Both the position numbers and the translations under genes were made by a program. Below are positions 12,288-25,100 of a DNA stretch of 64,000 bases, piece after piece; positions within the stretch are counted from its first letter, which is position 1; every line of letters starts with the position of its first letter. The stretch comes from Tubiluchus corallicola. Lineage: Eukaryota > Animalia > Priapulida. Under the pieces are notes generated by a model. That model was not told the origin of the DNA, did no database searches, and worked only from the letters and a program-made list of their open reading frames with translations. The stretch is taken from the NCBI GenBank assembly GCA_030141605.1, contig JAQGDQ010000170.1, positions 1-64,000 of the forward strand, read 5' to 3'.

Positions 12288-13250
12288 AAAAGAACAAGTC
12301 ACTTAGTATGTTGAGTTTATTTTACTGTTATCACTTAAACTGTTTGTGGTGTGCTAAAGGAAAGAACAAGTCACTCAGTATGTTGGGTTTATTTTATTGT
12401 TGTCACTTAAACTGTTTGTGGTGTGCTAAAGGAAAGGTCAAGTCACTCAGTATGTTGAGTTTATTTTACTGTTATCACTTAAACTGTTTGTGGTGTGCTA
12501 AAGGAAAGAACAAGTCACTCAGTATGTTGGGGTTGTTTTACTGATATCACTTAAACTGTTTGTGGTGTGCTAAAGGAAAGAACAAGTCACTCAGTATGTT
12601 GGGGTTGTTTTACTGGTATCACTTAAACTGTTTGTGGTGTGCTAAAGGAAAGAACAAGTCACTTATTATGTTGAGTTTGTTTTACTGGTATCACTTAAAC
12701 TGTTTGTGGTGTGCTAAAGGAAGGAACAAGTCACTCAGTATGTTGGGTTGTTTTACTGTTATCACTTAAACTTAGAAAAATATAACAAAGAAATTTGCAA
12801 AGAACTGCCTATAAAGCATAAACTTAGAATCCCCTACCTAGTTTTTCTGTACAGAAAGTTTCAGGCGTGGTGGTTGCCGCCTTTCATTTGAAAATTATGA
12901 CGTAACTGACGAGACTTCGTGACTTTTCGTAAGCGCTTCGTGGCTTTCCGTAAGCCGTGCGCTGCTTAAACAAATTCAAATTTCAGCAGTTTACTTAATG
13001 TTCACGCAAAAAATTACAAAATTAGCTATCTATCTTTTTGTAAAAACTTATTATACTCTTGATGAAGATTGACAGTGCGCTACTTTTCTTCAAGACGAAT
13101 GACGTCATTGGAAGAAGAACGGGCATTGAAAATGGGAGCGCCCAAACATAAAGTGATCGCGACTTTAAAGTGATTTTACTAATTACACGAGGCGCTTTTT
13201 GCACTTTTATTACTAAATCCTTCTAACATTTTTCGCGAACATTCAAATAA
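12288..13250. mobile_element. Second, oppositely oriented and truncated copy (Y) of the same element with about 7 copies of the 72-bp unit
   Basis: Array 12288-12770 is the reverse complement of 10715-11630; core 13060-13235 is the reverse complement of 10260-10420. Confidence 0.75.
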
Positions 13251-13467
13251 GTTATAACAAAAAAGAAATTACAGACGAAAGATTTTGTCGTATTACGAGC
13301 TAAAACGATGACGTCTGGGATGCGACGAAATGACGTCACTAGAGTTTTGATGCGTCATCTAGAAAGAAAATTAGAATCGAATCGAATTTGTGACTTTCGA
13401 ACCCGAATCGAATTCAGTTTTAAAGATTTAGGTTACGGTACATAAATTGTCTGGAGAATTAGCAAGT

Positions 13468-13481
13468 TATTATTATTATTA

Positions 13482-13563
<82 letters not shown>

Positions 13564-13570
13564 TTTTATT
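13468..13570. repeat. (TAT)n-(TATT)n microsatellite
   Basis: Direct repeat. Confidence 0.95.
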
Positions 13571-13689
13571 TCATATTTATTTCGTATAAAAATATACAGT
13601 TTACAAAGATAAAGATGTTAGTAAAACAGGTAATGCGATGTGAGTAAAGTAACATATCTACAGACATCAACTTTATAATAACCACACAT

Positions 13690-14110
13690 TGTAGTTCCCT
13701 TGTAATTATATTACATTATGTTGTAAGAAGCTATAATAGATATCTTAAAACATAATCTTTAAATGAGTTCTTAACCTTTAATTTTACATTTTCGTTTAGA
13801 TCTACAGTACAACCATATTTAATCTTAAATTTACTCGACTGTTATTTACATAGTAGCATAGCTTTGGAATTCTCAATGTGCAAGAGTTTACAATTTTTCT
13901 CACAAAGTTTAATATTCGACTATCTATTAAATAATTCGCAGGCATTGTGCTACAAAAATACATTAACAATTTGATGCTTTCATTTTGTTTAAAATCGAAT
14001 ATTTTTCTATAAGCAGGGTTCCATTTTACCCTAATGGCATTAACTACATTGTTTGATATACCTCCAATTTCGCATCCGTATAATAAAATAAAATAAATCA
14101 TAAGTTGCTA
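13690..14110 (-). mobile_element. Decayed LINE ORF2 C-terminal fragment nested in a GAATCGAAT-rich MITE
   Basis: ORF 13802..14101 has ILLYGCEI and WNPAYRKIF, typical of the post-RT region; flanks (13370-14910) carry tcgaatcgaattc motifs also seen at 61816-62160. Confidence 0.55.
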
Positions 14111-15306
14111 ATTGTAAAGTCTTATTTAATTGTAAACGCCTTCCAATTATTTTAGGTTCGAATCGAATTCAGTTTTAATGATTTTCGAATAAATTTTCGA
14201 ATCAGATATCAAAAGCGTTCTCGTAAAGACTATGCACACTGTTTGATTTTGTTCTGCAGTAAAAACACTAATAATTTGTCTAGAAATTGCTCACAGAAAT
14301 TAGACCTAAGCTGAGCTGATTGCATGATGTTTCAAACGTTTTATGACAAAGAACGTTCAACGTATGGATAGAGGTACTTGACCTGGTGATGATTTACTCT
14401 GGACCTGACGTTGCTTCATTTTCTTTTTTGCTTCTTACGTTGGTTTGAGTTCTTGATTTATATGTAATTATTAGTTTTGTTTTTGATGAGTTTAAATTTT
14501 CCGTTTTGTTTGCTAATTTAAATTTTGCCTCTTCTCACTGCCAAATTTATTTGCTGTTTCTAAATTTAAACTCATTTGAACTTGTTGCCTCATTTTTTTG
14601 TTTTGTTAAGTTGCTGATTATTTTCATTTGTACATACCTTACTTGACAGGTCACTTAATTTTCTTCAGTTAGGATAGGGGGTGCTTGACTTGGTGACCCT
14701 TGGTCTTTTCGACACCCCGTCTCTTTTCCGTCTTTATTTTAGTTTTTAGCTTTTGTTTATGTTTATTTTGTAACATTCAGAGACAAATAAATTTTTTACT
14801 TACTTACTTTACTTACTTACTGAATCACATCCTTCCAATTATTTTAGGTTCGAATCGAATTCGAACTAAAAAGTCGGCCGAATCGAATTCGAACATTCGA
14901 TGCTCACTCGTATCAGATACTGTGCGTGCGCTAGCCCAATTATTGCAATAATGGTGGCAATCACCAGCCACCCAGCTCTATTCTTCTGTCTGATTAATGT
15001 ATTGGTTGACAACTCTTACTTTTGACGTCGTTACGGTGACGTACAAATCATCCATCAATTAAGTCAGCGGGAGATAATGCAGCCTTATTTAGCGACATTA
15101 TCATCAATATATATTCATTAAAACCATGAAAGCCAATGATCAAAAGCCTAGCGCCAACGTACATTAAATAGTGCACCAGTAGTAACGGCAAGTGACGTTA
15201 CTACAACAACCAGACGTCAACCACTGGAAGGTATTTATCATGAGCGATGCGCATTGTTAATTAATTTTATCGATTATTTATAACTGGTATCCTGACCGAG
15301 CCATTT

Positions 15307-16660
15307 CTGTCATTCTATACCATCATCACACCATAGAAACTAAACTACATATTTTGCCATCACTTACAGAACGTGTACTCTTTTATAATTCTGCATTGTG
15401 GACTGTCAAAGTTGTCCATAAGGATGAAATCATCATTCTCTATCATCATCACACCACAGAAACTAAACTACATATTTTGCCATCATCTACAGAACGTGTA
15501 CTCTTTTATAATTCTGCATTGTGGACAGTCAAAGTTGTCCATAGGGATGAAATCATCATTGTCTATCATCATCACACCACAGAAACTAAACTACATATTT
15601 TGCCATCACTTACAGAACGTGTACTCTTTTATAATTCTGCATTGTGGACAGTCAAAGTTGTCCATAGGGATGAAATCATCATTGTCTATCATCATCACAC
15701 CACAGAAACTAAACTACATATTTTGCCATCACTTGTAGAACCTGTTCTCTTATATAATTCTGCATTGTGGACAGTCAAAGTTGTCCATAAGGATGAAATC
15801 ATCATTGTCTATCATCATCACACCACAGAAACTAAACTACATATTTTGCCATCACTTGTAGAACGTGTACTCTTTTATAAATCTGAATTGTGGACAGTCA
15901 AAGTTGTCCATAAGAATGAAATCATCATTGTCTATCATCATCACACCACAGAAACTAAACTACATATTTTGCCATCACTTGTAGAACCTGTTCTCTTATA
16001 TAATTCTGCATTGTGGACAGTCAAAGTTGTCCATAAGAATGAAATCATCATTGTCTATCATCATCACACCACAGAAACTAAACTACATATTTTGCCATCA
16101 CTTACAGAACGTGTACTCTTTTATAATTCTGCATTGTGGACTGTCAAAGTTGTCCATAAGGATGAAATCATCATTCTCTATCATCATCACACCACAGAAA
16201 CTAAACTACATATTTTGCCATCACTTGTAGAACGTGTACTCTTTTATAAATCTGAATTGTGGACAGTCAAAGTTGTCCATAAGAATGAAATCATCATTGT
16301 CTATCATCATCACACCACAGAAACTAAACTACATATTTTGCCATCACTTACAGAACGTGTACTCTTTTATAATTCTGCATTGTGGACTGTCAAAGTTGTC
16401 CATAAGGATGAAATCATCATTCTCTATCATCATCACACCACAGAAACTAAACTACATATTTTGCCATCATCTACAGAACGTGTACTCTTATATAATTCTG
16501 AATTGTGGACAGTCAAAGTTGTCCAGAAGAATGAAATCATCATTGTCTATCATCATCACACCACAGAAACTAAACTACATATTTTGCCATCATCTACAGA
16601 ACGTGTACTCTTATATAATTCTGAATTGTGGACTGTCAAAGTTCTCCAGAATAATGAAAT
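15307..16660 (+). repeat. 123-bp minisatellite (about 11 copies) derived from LINE ORF2
   Basis: Period 123 (catcatcacacc at 15321 and 15444); unit encodes KLHILPSLVEPVLLYNSELWTV and the last unit runs into unrepeated LINE sequence. Confidence 0.95.
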
Positions 16661-17030
16661 CAATGCTTTCCAAAGATGTCCGTACAGAAAGATGTTGGGC
16701 ATAAAATGGCCAAAGAAAATCTCACATCAAGATCTATATGATTCAACGAAGAAGAAGGAATGGAGTGAAGTCATACAGATGCGTCGGCTTAGATGCATTG
16801 GGCATGTCATTAGATTACCAAAGGACCCTCCACTTACTACAGCGTTACATCAATCACTAATACCTGGGAAGAAATCAAGCTAATCAAATATTTAGATGGT
16901 CTGAAGAAAGGTGTATTAAATACTCAACTTGACTTAAACAACATAGATACTTGGCATGTGGCATCAGACCAGGAGACATGGCATCAAATTATGAGTGGTG
17001 CTAGGTTGTATAAGAAGTACGTAAGATGAC
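15307..17030 (+). mobile_element. 5'-truncated RTE/RTEX-like LINE 3' fragment including the array
   Basis: AFQRCPYRKMLGIKWPKKIS...RRLRCIGHVIRL is the conserved RTE-type ORF2 C-terminal region. Confidence 0.8.
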
Positions 17031-17059
17031 GAATCAGTGGCAGTAGGATTATTTTGACT

Positions 17060-18810
17060 AATAACATCCTTTTTTCTAAACATCTATTGTAGACATCGAG
17101 CCTCTTCCTTTATTAGAGCATCCCACTGTTTCCTGTCTGTAACTAAAATTATCAAGTCCTATGATGCTCTTATCAAAGTTTGCTCTCAGTTGTTGTAGTT
17201 CTTGATATCCAAGTTGCCTGTAGGTCGTTTAGCAGGTTTCAGTGCCTCCTTTAATGTTAATCTTACTGACGTTGTTTCTGGCAATCTCATTAAATATCCT
17301 ACCCATCTTAGTCTTCTGATTTTAGTGCTCCAAAGTTCTTCCTTGGTTCTGTTTAATGTTAATCTTACTGGTGTTGTTTCTGGCAATCTCATTAAATATC
17401 CTACCCATCTTAGTCTTCTGATTTTAGTGCTCCAATGTTCTACTTTGATTCTCTTTAATGCTAATCTTACTGGTGTTGTTTCTGGCAATCTCATTACATG
17501 TCCTACCCATCTTAGTCTTCTGATTCTGATTTTAGTGCTCCAATGTTCTTCCTTGGTTCTCTTTAATGTTAATCTTACTGGTGTTGTTTCTGGCAATCTC
17601 ATTAAATGTCCTACCCATCTTAGTCTTCTGATTTTAGTGCTCCAATGTTCTACTTTGATTCTCTTTAATGCTAATCTTACTGGTGTTGTTTCTGGCAATC
17701 TCATTAAATGTCCTACCCATCTTAGTCTTCTGATTCTGATTTTAGTGCTCCAAAGTTCTTCCTTGGTTCTCTTTAATGTTAATCTTACTGGTGTTGTTTC
17801 TGGCAATCTCATTAAATGTCCTACCCATCTTAGTCTTCTGATTCTGATTTTAGTGCTCCAAAGTTCTTCCTTGGTTCTCTTTAATGTTAATCTTACTGGT
17901 GTTGTTTCTGGCAATCTCATTAAATGTCCTACCCATCTTAGTCTTCTGATTCTAATTTTAGTGTTCCAAAGTTCTTCCTTGGTTCTCTTTAATGTTAATC
18001 TTACTGGTGTTGTTTCTGGCAATCTCTAAATGTCCTACCCATCTTAGTCTTCTGATTCTAATTTTAGTGCTCCAAAGTTCTTCCTTGGTTCTCTTTAATG
18101 TTAATCTTACTGGTGTTGTTTCTGGCAATCTCATTAAATGTCCTACCCATCTTAGTCTTCTGATTCTGATTTTAGTGCTCCAAAAATCTCCTTTGGTTCT
18201 GTTTAATGTTAATCTTACTGGTGTTGCTTCTGGCAATCTCATTAAATGTCCTACCCATCTTAGTCTTCTGATTCTAATTTTAGTGCTCCAAAGTTCTTCT
18301 TGGTTCTCTTTAATGTTAATCTTACTGGTGTTGTTTCTGGCAATCTCATTAAATGTCCTACCCATCTTAGTCTTCTGATTCTAATTTTAGTGCTCCAAAG
18401 TTCTTCCTTGGTTCTCTTTAATGTTAATCTTACTGGTGTTGTTTCTGGCAATGTCATTAAATGTCCTACCCATCTTAGTCTTCTGATTCTAATTTCAGTG
18501 CTCCAAAGTTCTTCCTTGGTTCTCTTTAATGTTAATCTTACTGGTGTTGCTTCTGGCAATCTCATTAAATGTCCTACCCATCTTAGTCTTCTGATTTTAG
18601 TGCTCCAAAGATCTTCTTTGATTCTGTTATGCAGCTGCTCATTTGAAATGATGTACGGCCATTTTATTTTTAAGATTTTCCTGGGTAAGCCTCTGTGGAA
18701 CACATTTGTTTATGCTTTCTGGGTTGCTGTTAAGCCCCACATTTCACTATTGTACATGAAGATACTAGTTACATATGTACTGAAGAATATGTTATTTTAT
18801 TTAATGTGAT
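17060..18810 (-). mobile_element. Second RTE/RTEX-like LINE 3' fragment facing the first
   Basis: Minus strand YVTSIFMYNSEMWGLT ... RKILKIKWPYIISNEQLH ... RRLRWVGHLMRLPETTP. Confidence 0.8.
17248..18625 (-). repeat. 102/108-bp minisatellite (about 13 copies) derived from LINE ORF2
   Basis: Units of 34 or 36 codons (TKEELWSTKIR(IR)RLRWVGHLMRLPETTPVRLTLKR); frame breaks near 18027 and 18300. Confidence 0.95.
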
Positions 18811-19289
18811 TTTTATTCTAGCTCTCTTTGTCTAACTAATGGATAGACGGCGGGCAGTGATCTGTTTGAGGATTTAGTTCCCTGCTGTCACCCATGGCAC
18901 ACAGTGGTGGGCACCACTACCGTATTGATCATGGCTGCATAATTTGACCGTTTACATTTACTCGTGTATAAAATGTATATGTATATGTGCCTAATGAATA
19001 ATAAGTAAATAACTATAATATAATGATAGTATAACAAAAAGTCGTTATATGTTAAATCAAAATAACTATGTAAATTCATTATTTTCATTTCAAATATTTT
19101 CTACTACTATCTACATAACACATGTACAGAGTACTCTATTCTTCCACCTCTTCAATAAGCTCGGAAAGACTAAGTGGTTAAATAATGAGTTCATATCACA
19201 ATAACAATCCCAATGTGACTGAATGCAGGCCACGTATTGCTGTTTTTTTCTTCTAATCAGATGAAGAAAGTGGAAAATATTTGTGGGTC

Positions 19290-19660
19290 AATTAACGTTT
19301 TCACAGTTTAGTTGTGCGCAAGCGCAATTGCTGTAAGTGAAAGGTTAAGTGTACCACAGCAATGCGTTTTAACTACAACCGTTACGTGACGTGTGTGGTT
19401 AAAGCAAAGCCGTCGGCCGCATTAGTTCAGTAAGGCCAGTTATTTTATGTGGACTTTACTTTGTTATGCATTAGTCTGTGCGATGAGTGATTTACCTAGC
19501 AGGATCTTACTTGGGAACAAGAAAAAAGCGAACTAGGTAAGGTTCTAGCTAGCTGTTAAAATTGTTACTATTACAACAGCATGGACTGCGAGGCGTTGTC
19601 AAGTGTACAAAAATACGTTATCTGGTACTCTTAACCTTTGACCTTTTCACGATCAACATC
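19290..19660. repeat. Interspersed repeat; inverted paralogue at about 39010-39350
   Basis: Shared blocks such as aactaggtaaggttctagctagct and gcgaggcgttgtcaagtgta. Confidence 0.75.
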
Positions 19661-19819
19661 AATCGCTGGAACTCTTTTGATAATAACTAATAATTATGGT
19701 GAGTGAGTTCAACGAGGTTTAGTACCTAATTAACAGTATTATCATCAACAAATGATAAATGTATCAAAGTTTTAACTTTAAGAGCGCAAGTACAAGTTTC
19801 ACAGACATTCGAATACGTT

Positions 19820-20410
19820 AAAGAAAAACCGGACCCAATCTTAAACTACAGCTTAAAATTAACTATCTAATCTATAAAATATTGAAGGGAATATGCAGTT
19901 TTTTTTCAAGAATGATTTGTGTGAAAGAATTATTACCTCGCGAGGTTAGTTCATCGCTGTTACATTCATTTTGTCACTCGATAGTTAGACAGGCACAGGC
20001 AAGTACATCTCGGAATCGTGTTGCACAAAACAGGTGCTGCTGCACCTCTCAGTTTAGAAGTGTTCAGTTGTGACGTAGTACACATGCTCGAGCGCTCAAG
20101 CGTGAGGTATAGTGGTAAATTTAAATTAGTATTTTAGACTTTTACCAAGCTTTTGTGAATCACGCTGAATGTTATACAGTAGCACTGTACTTCAGTTTAC
20201 GCTCTTGCGAGCACGTGCAACACGCTCTCGGAAGGTTTGAAAGCCATTTTCATTTCTGATGTCATCACTAGCTGCGCTCCTCAGCAGTTAATTAAGTTTT
20301 TTAATTATTTGATTACCAGATAGAAACACTTTGGCATCACTCCCTGATGTAGGTGCTTGCACAAGATCCACAAAAGTAAAAAACCAGTAAGCCGTATTTT
20401 TGCTTAGATA
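19820..20410 (+). mobile_element. Diverged Kolobok-like MITE
   Basis: Starts ttaaagaaaaaccggacccaatcttaaact; colinear with the 55205 copy. Confidence 0.7.
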
Positions 20411-21339
20411 AACTGCAATCTAAACTACGGCAGAAAATACCCGAAAGCAAAACTTCAACTTCTTACTAATTAAATTAGCTACACCACAGCACCCAGAGAG
20501 CACCACCCTTAGCAGCACCGATTTTGACTGCACCTCATTCGTCGTATGTTACAGTCAGAGATTCACAAGGCTGCAAAAAATGTGACCGAGAAACAGAACG
20601 TCACACATTTACATTGTTCAAATACTAGCAGTTATACTAGCAAAGGCTACTGCAAAAAATCTACATATATATCCATTCTAATCAATAATGCGCAAACATC
20701 CTACATAGTGTTCAGTTATTTACCGAGAAGTGGCATAGCAGTGCCTAGTTTTTTGTTAAAACTGCTGTGTTTACCTGTCTTGAGGACAGATTTCTTTTAT
20801 TTAGACTTCTATGTGCCTAATGTCTACAACAGACATAAAGGGATATGATGACAATGATGATGATGATGACTACAAATATAATGCACTCCTGAATTGCAGA
20901 GGAAAAAAATGCAAGGCGCAAAATGCGCCCAAGTTAAAATGCAGGACAATCGTGTGGTCTTACGTCATAATTTTGTTGTCTTCGCGGCGTGCAAGGTGGA
21001 TTGACAAACCAAAGTTTGGATTTAATAAACAGCAGATTTCACTCGGTTGAAGCACTATACAGTCTGTTCCAGCAATAGTGACCACAATGAATGCCTGAAT
21101 TTAATATCCGTGGATTTATTAAGCGAATTCTACTGTAGTTGCAGTCTGAATTCTTGCACAATGAAATCACAAAAAAAGTTTATCCAATAACAGCATTTTG
21201 AAAACACGGAGGATTTCGAATTACCCTAAACGCAGAGCAATATACAGAATTGCAAAAAACTCGTGGTTAAACCAAATTTAACATAAATCTTCTCTACTTT
21301 CATACTTTACCTATCAAAAACTGGTATACGTGTGCTTGC

Positions 21340-21930
21340 AAACCAAAACCATCCATAAGTTGGCGTAGTAAAAACTACGTTATGATGCTTCAAAGTAGAA
21401 TGCACCAAAAATTTGGCCAAATGTCAATTTTTGTATTTTATAAAACCAATGGTAAATATATTGGACTTTTATATCCTAACATCAAATTATCGAGAAAATG
21501 TAATCGAATCATATAATCCCGTATCCACTTTTCAGGCTAGAAACTAGTAACGCAATTGTGAAAAACTTTCAAACTCCGATTGTAGCTCGTGGAAACAGTC
21601 AATTTGCTTGGTGTTTTTTCTGTCGCCAAGCCCAGATCTTTGCCAGGAAGAGCCATCTACTGGATTTAAACATAACTTCAGTGTGTTTTTGCAAAGTCCA
21701 TAGCAACCAACATTTGTGCGGTTGCTAAGTGTTTTGTAGAGACACGACAAAAAACAATGGCTAACTTTAACAGTGATTTTCTAAAGGTTATGTTTTTCAC
21801 TGCATAGCCTGCACCTCAACTTCAACGTGGATTATCTCAGCTTAGAAATAACACAGAGCGATGAACTTGGTGTCAAAATGATCTTCATGAAATTGAGATT
21901 CAGGATATGTGAATAAGTACAAAAACTTAA
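21340..21930. repeat. Interspersed ~600-bp repeat family (other copies about 27340-27945 and 52250-52890 in opposite orientation)
   Basis: Shared aagctgagataatccacgttgaagttgaggtgc and cttatggacggttttggtt blocks. Confidence 0.8.
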
Positions 21931-22197
21931 TTGTCGACTTGTGAACGATTTTGCTGTATAAGCACACACATACATATACATTAACTGCATATATAACTGC
22001 TGGATCTATAACTAGCAGGTTTTTACTGCAGCCTATTCAGCTAATTTCATCATCAGATTTTAATAATTTAAAACATGGCATAAAAAATTCCAGATGGCAA
22101 AATGTTTCAAACATTGCCGCCATGTTTCCCCCTAGTAATAACTGTAACAATGCAAATAAAGTTATAGAAGATTCCACTGCACTCATTTTCATAGCAA

Positions 22198-25100
22198 TCA
22201 CGTTAGATGGTAGCGTTCATCATGCGTTTCAAAAAACTCCCTCATAGAAGCACACCTTGGATTAGTGCACCGAGGACATCTTAGCCGTAGTTGAGAGGAA
22301 CAAGTCCGGTTTGCGACCAGATGAGTTTTTACGAGATCAGCCAGTGTCTGAAAGTACACAAACGTTCATTTCTCTAAAGGGACCATCCACAAGTCCTATT
22401 TGCTACCAGATGCTACCTTACGTTATAATAGAGTTATCATATTAGTTAGTTTTAAGATCATATTAGATGGTTTTTAGATATGTCACATACTAGAAGGTTT
22501 TACTAACTCTTTAATTCCTACTGCTCTCTTTATGGCACCTCTATCCATGTTTTATTTGAAAAACATTAACACTTTAGCTGTATAAGTTAGGACAGCTTTA
22601 CGTCGTGTATTAGCTATTCCCTGTAATTCGCAATTGTATTTCTGGCAACGACCCGTATGTAAAAATTGTACCTAAATGAACATCAAAGTCGTATAAACGT
22701 ACATAAATTTATTAACAAGTTTTAACTTTTTAAAGGAAAACCGGACGATTGTGTAAACATTAGTTCAGAATCAAGAATGCTCTATAATATTGAAAACTAC
22801 AATAGCTTCTGTGTAGCTTTGAATAACTATAAAATCAAAGCTTAGATTAAATAATAATTACTTCAAATACTTAAATTTTGTTAAACTTTCAAAGCTGCGC
22901 GCGACTCAGTGAATCTACTAAGATTGGCAACGGCACTTTTTTGTCACATTCGTGTGGCCGACAAATAGAAGGCGGTATACCGTTATAAGCGTGATCGTGA
23001 ACTGCAGTGTTAGTTTCTGACTTCATATGATGTAGAGCCCATTTTCATGACATCACGCGTTCAAACAGTACTGTAACACTTACGCAAACATGCTAGACGC
23101 GCAAGAAAAGATGCCCGCCATTGCACAAACTGTGGTTAGTTTCTGACGTAAGCAATAGCTGTGTTTGATTGCCGTTAATTAACTTTCCAAAGTAATTATT
23201 CAAATATAAGAAACAATTGCCAACTTTCATAGGCAAGAAAATGTATATTTTGGACAGTAAATTAAAATGAGATTAAGTTTAAACAATCGTCCGGTTTTCC
23301 TTTAAGTATAAAGCCTGCCAAGCTAATCTTCAAAACAAGAACTCCAAAAACTAAATGATTTAAAAAGAAGAAAAACTCACCTGAACAAAGATGGGATTTA
23401 TATTTAGCGATGCGGATCGTTTGACGTCTGCACCAACCTGAAAATGAACACAGAAGACATATCAGACTGAACAAAGAATGAAACAAACAAAAAACTGAAA
23501 CTAACAAATTACACGACAAAAATGTTCTATGTGAGAAAAAGCCAACTATGGAACAACATTAGCTCCTTGCTGCATTTTGCTTGGACACATGAAAAACTGC
23601 TCTCACTAAGCAGAGATTATGTTATATTTGATAATTTTTGTAGGTTTCTACTCCTCACACAATGGATTTTCAAGCAAAATTATATAGGAAATGCATTTGC
23701 TTATCTTAGGCAAATTAAAAATCAATTTTTGATGAATAAATTAAAGAAATGATTGCAGTAACTGCATTGTTTGCACTTGTAACAATGTTGTGAAAGTCAT
23801 GTATGAAGTGGAAGTTGAACACTTGTAGAAAACGAATGAACACTATATTACATATCTGCACAAAAACTGAAACACGTTTATTATACTACATAGACATATG
23901 TAAAATGACTGCTAAACTACACACTGATGACCAGAGTGTCCTGCACTGATCACCAAGATTTAGACAGTGGCTAGAAGTGAAATCTAGCCAGTATATATAG
24001 GTAGAGAACTATGCAAAACTTGGCTTCACAAATACCATTACAGTAAAAATAGGGGGAGATCCAGCGAGTATGCATATTCACTGGACCGAGCAATTGTACT
24101 AGGGGTGAGTTTAACTAGTAAAATGTTAAAGTGATTAATCAATAGATGGCAGCACCTAAAATATACAGTTACAACTTTCACAAATGTGCAGTATCACTTG
24201 TGTGAAACTGGCTGATGCAGAAAATTTTAACTATCCAGACGCAACAGTCTGATAAAGTTTGCTCTCAAATCTACTCTGTTTTTAAAAGAAATTCCTATTA
24301 AAATTTGAAACAAACTTAATTTGTCCTTGGCTGATCGGTTGGTCTTTCCCGGAATAGCAGCAGAACACTGCACAGCTTGAGTTGTAGCAAGCAGGCGATC
24401 AGTAAAATTGTGCGTGCGATCAAGCTAGTCTACACCAGACTAAACTACTCAATAGGCTAATTTGGAGTGTCTGAAAGGGTGTTTTTCTTACTTTCATCCA
24501 ATTACGTCACTCATAAATGTCTAAACAAATAACATGATTGGATAACCGAGATTCTCCTGAATAGAACATTACCTCATTTTGTAATCATTTAGTCATGTCT
24601 GTGCTCATACAGTAGCAGAAACGTTAAGAGTCTTGTAAGACGTATTTTTAATGGTGAGGTTCTGAAGGAGTTGAAGCTATGGAATGCAATGATAACTCTT
24701 TAGAAAAGTGCAACATAGACAAAATTATAAACCAGCACGTTACTAATATTTCTATGTATACATTTGTGTGTCAGCACGTGTACTAGTTCTGTAATTTTTT
24801 TTTCTATATAATTTTGTGTATTGCATTGAACTATAAGTTCGAAATGAATGCCACGAATTTAAATAAAATAAATAAATTGAGAAAAAAAACATAATATACA
24901 ATTTATATACATATAAATTCATAAACAATTCATATTAGCTAAAGAATTATTCAAAATAAATTATAAGTAATTCAAAATTGAAATTTTAAGTTATTACATT
25001 AAATTTTGAATTAATGCAATATGGTGAACATTGTAATCTTAATAAATTATAAATAAATAAATTAATGTTACAAAACCATAATTAATTAACTTTTGATACC

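Noticed and set aside
10715-12770. Regular repeats resembling a CRISPR array or Cys-rich repeat protein
   Set aside because: No unique spacers, eukaryotic context and interrupted frames; it is a minisatellite.
13060-13235. Apparent invertible internal segment relative to 10260-10420
   Set aside because: More simply explained by two opposite-orientation copies of a long-TIR element.
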